A DNA stretch of 64,000 nt from contig CAWJDT010000005.1 of assembly GCA_963841735.1 (NCBI GenBank), forward strand, positions 1-64,000, in the 5' to 3' direction. Position 1 is the first letter of the stretch. Every line of letters begins with the position of its first letter. Below the pieces are notes generated by a model. The model did not search any database. It was not told the DNA's origin and saw only the letters and a program-made list of their open reading frames with translations. The position numbers and the translations under genes are program-made. Origin of the DNA: an uncultured Actinomycetes bacterium (GTDB lineage Bacteria > Actinomycetota > Thermoleophilia > RBG-16-64-13). Positions 61,944-64,000 of this stretch are shown piece after piece.

Positions 61944-62831
61944 CTATTTCTTCAGCTTTGGATCAAGGACATCACGCAGGCCGTCACCGAGCATGTTCAG
62001 CGAAAGGACGGAAAGCATGATGAATACGCCCGGGAAGATCACCAACCAAGGCTGCGTGCGGAACGAGGGCAGTCCGCCGGCGATCATCGAACCCCATTCC
62101 GGCAGGGGGGGCTGTAGACCCAGTCCTATGAAGCTGAGCATGGCACACATCATGATCGTATTGCCGATGCTCATGGTCGCCGAGACCAGCAGCGGAGAGA
62201 AGCTGTTGGGAATCACATGCCTAAAGATGATCCGAGGCGTCTTTGCGTTGATGGAGACGGCTGCCTCCAGGTACTCCTGATGGCGGATGCCCAGGATTCC
62301 AGCCCGCATCAGACGGATGCTCATGGGAATGTTCCCCACGGCCAGCGCGATCATGGTGTTGACATAGCCCGGGCCCAGCACAGCAGAAACGCACATCGCC
62401 AGCAGGATGCCGGGAAGCGACTGGAGCACATCGGTCAAGCGCATGACGAGATTGTCCATCCATTTGCCAAAGTATCCGGCTATGGCTCCGAAGACCATGC
62501 CTATCGCCGCCCCCACGGCGACGCCCAGCACCCCGATGCTAAGGGAGTATCGAGCCCCGTAGATGATCCTGCTGAAGATGTCACGGCCCAACTCATCCGT
62601 GCCGAACCAGTAGGACCAGGACGGGCCCTGACGGGCAACGTCTATGTTCACAAGATCAACCGGGTGCCTAAGCAGCAAGGGGGCAAAGATGGCCGCGAGC
62701 GCCAGTACCGCAAACAGGATGCCGCCCGTTAGCGCAGTCGAATCCTTGGCCAGCCGCCTGAGAAGAACGACAGACTGCCTCTGCTTCTTGATCTTCGTAG
62801 CCCCTACTTCTACAACTGCAATGTTAGGCAT
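61944..62831 (-). CDS. ABC permease (DppC-like)
   Basis: FGTDELGRDIFSRIIYGARYSL, LSFIGLG.QPP.PEWG. Confidence 0.93.
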   Translation of the reverse strand: MPNIAVVEVGATKIKKQRQSVVLLRRLAKDSTALTGGILFAVLALAAIFAPLLLRHPVDLVNIDVARQGPSWSYWFGTDELGRDIFSRIIYGARYSLSIGVLGVAVGAAIGMVFGAIAGYFGKWMDNLVMRLTDVLQSLPGILLAMCVSAVLGPGYVNTMIALAVGNIPMSIRLMRAGILGIRHQEYLEAAVSINAKTPRIIFRHVIPNSFSPLLVSATMSIGNTIMMCAMLSFIGLGLQPPLPEWGSMIAGGLPSFRTQPWLVIFPGVFIMLSVLSLNMLGDGLRDVLDPKLKK

Positions 62832-63786
62832 GTCGTCTTCTCCACTTCCACTTCTTGCCCGCGAACTGCGCCTTGACCCTGGGGTCGATGAAGGCATACG
62901 TGAGGTCCACAAGCAGCATGATCAACGCCAGGGCAAGTGCCAAGAAGATCACGGAACTCTGGACGACGTTGTAGTCACGGTTGGATATCCCATCTACCAG
63001 GTACGCGCCCACACCCGGAATGCCAAAGATCTTCTCGATCACAACTGTACCGGCGAGCATCATAGCTATCCCGTTGCCCACTATGGTGATTACCGGCAAC
63101 ATAGCATTCGGCAGCGCGTGACGCATGAGTATGCGCATCTCGGACATACCCTTTGCCCGAGCCGTCGTGATGTAGTCGGAACGGATGACGTCCAGCATGC
63201 TGGAGCGCGTCTGTCTAGCCTGAGTGGCGATGCCGGGAAAGGCATTGGCGATGCAGGGCAATATGTAGTAAGTGATCCCCCCTAGACCCAAAGCCGGAAG
63301 CCAGCCCAGCTTCACCGAGAACAAGAGGATCAACATCGAGGCGATCCAGAAGTTGGGCATAGATATGCCGAACATGGCACCGAACATCGACACGCGGTCG
63401 GTCCAGCCGTTCCGCCTCACGGCCGCCATAATCCCAAGGGGAGTGCCCACGAATACCTGCAGTAGGATACAGATACCTGTGATGGTCAACGTGCGCGGGA
63501 AACGTTCCATCAGTTGGTCGGTGACCGGGACCTGCTTGATCCAGGACTTGCCGAAATCAAAATGAAAGACGATGCCTTCCAAATACCTGCCCAGGCGCAC
63601 AACGTAGGCATCGTTCAGGCCCAGCGCCGCTCTCTTGGCTTCGATCATCGCCGGCGTTGCCTCTGGTCCCACCATCAGCCTTGCGGGGTCGCCCGGGATG
63701 AAGTACATGATCGTGAAGATCAGGATCGTGACCCCCAGGACCACCAGGATCGTCCACAGTAGCCTCTTTAGGACATATGTACCCAC
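62824..63786 (-). CDS. ABC permease (DppB-like)
   Basis: YVLKRL, PGDPA, DFGKS, RSSMLDVI.SDYI.TARAKG. Confidence 0.93.
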   Translation of the reverse strand: MGTYVLKRLLWTILVVLGVTILIFTIMYFIPGDPARLMVGPEATPAMIEAKRAALGLNDAYVVRLGRYLEGIVFHFDFGKSWIKQVPVTDQLMERFPRTLTITGICILLQVFVGTPLGIMAAVRRNGWTDRVSMFGAMFGISMPNFWIASMLILLFSVKLGWLPALGLGGITYYILPCIANAFPGIATQARQTRSSMLDVIRSDYITTARAKGMSEMRILMRHALPNAMLPVITIVGNGIAMMLAGTVVIEKIFGIPGVGAYLVDGISNRDYNVVQSSVIFLALALALIMLLVDLTYAFIDPRVKAQFAGKKWKWRRRHA

Positions 63787-63829
63787 CGCTAGTTGCCTCT
63801 CTGCCTAGCACCAATCTGGCGCTTGTCAT

Positions 63830-63882
63830 GATGCGGCACTGCCATCACCATACGTATCCGCAGGTTCAGGCAGTGCCGCATC
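63830..63882. terminator. 14 bp inverted repeat upstream of the second permease pair
   Basis: GATGCGGCACTGCC...GGCAGTGCCGCATC. Confidence 0.65.
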
Positions 63883-63934
63883 TCGCTTACTTACCTATCC
63901 CTGAAATTAGCAGGGTAGAAAAAGCACCGAACTC

Positions 63935-64000
63935 CTACTTGAAGTCGGGGGCGTATTCGCAAGCGCCCGGAATGATCTGGCCTCTCTTGTCGGTGAAGAC
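63935..64000 (-). CDS. 3' tail of an upstream gene, identity unknown
   Basis: Open frame VFTDKRGQIIPGACEYAPDFK*. Confidence 0.4.
   Translation of the reverse strand, partial: VFTDKRGQIIPGACEYAPDFK

Noticed and set aside
31700-64000. Prophage or ICE integrated at lepA
   Set aside because: No integrase, phage structural, conjugation or transposase genes are visible in the window.

Overview
High-GC window, probably from an anaerobic actinobacterium (Thermoleophilia/Coriobacteriia-like; inferred from gene order and lipoprotein style). It has a conserved core on the minus strand (lepA-hemW-hrcA-dnaJ-prmA-rnr), a separate NuoF-FeS/GltD-like flavoprotein gene, and plus-strand mgsA and HIT genes. 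Accessory tracts encode secreted beta-propeller and other lipoproteins, small membrane proteins and toxin-antitoxin fragments. Two signals stand out. (1) At two housekeeping genes, cargo DNA lies between the intact gene and a second, allele-like copy of that gene's end (547 bp of the flavoprotein 3' end; about 255 bp of the lepA 5' end). No integrase or transposase is present, which suggests gene accretion anchored on core-gene ends. (2) A ~21 kb co-oriented catabolic cluster carries three PhlG/phloretin-hydrolase-like C-C hydrolases, further hydrolases, a lactonase, an MFS transporter and two Dpp/Opp-type ABC importers. Several single-base frameshifts in otherwise intact genes look like assembly errors. 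No rRNA, tRNA or CRISPR array was seen. All alignments and counts were made by eye.
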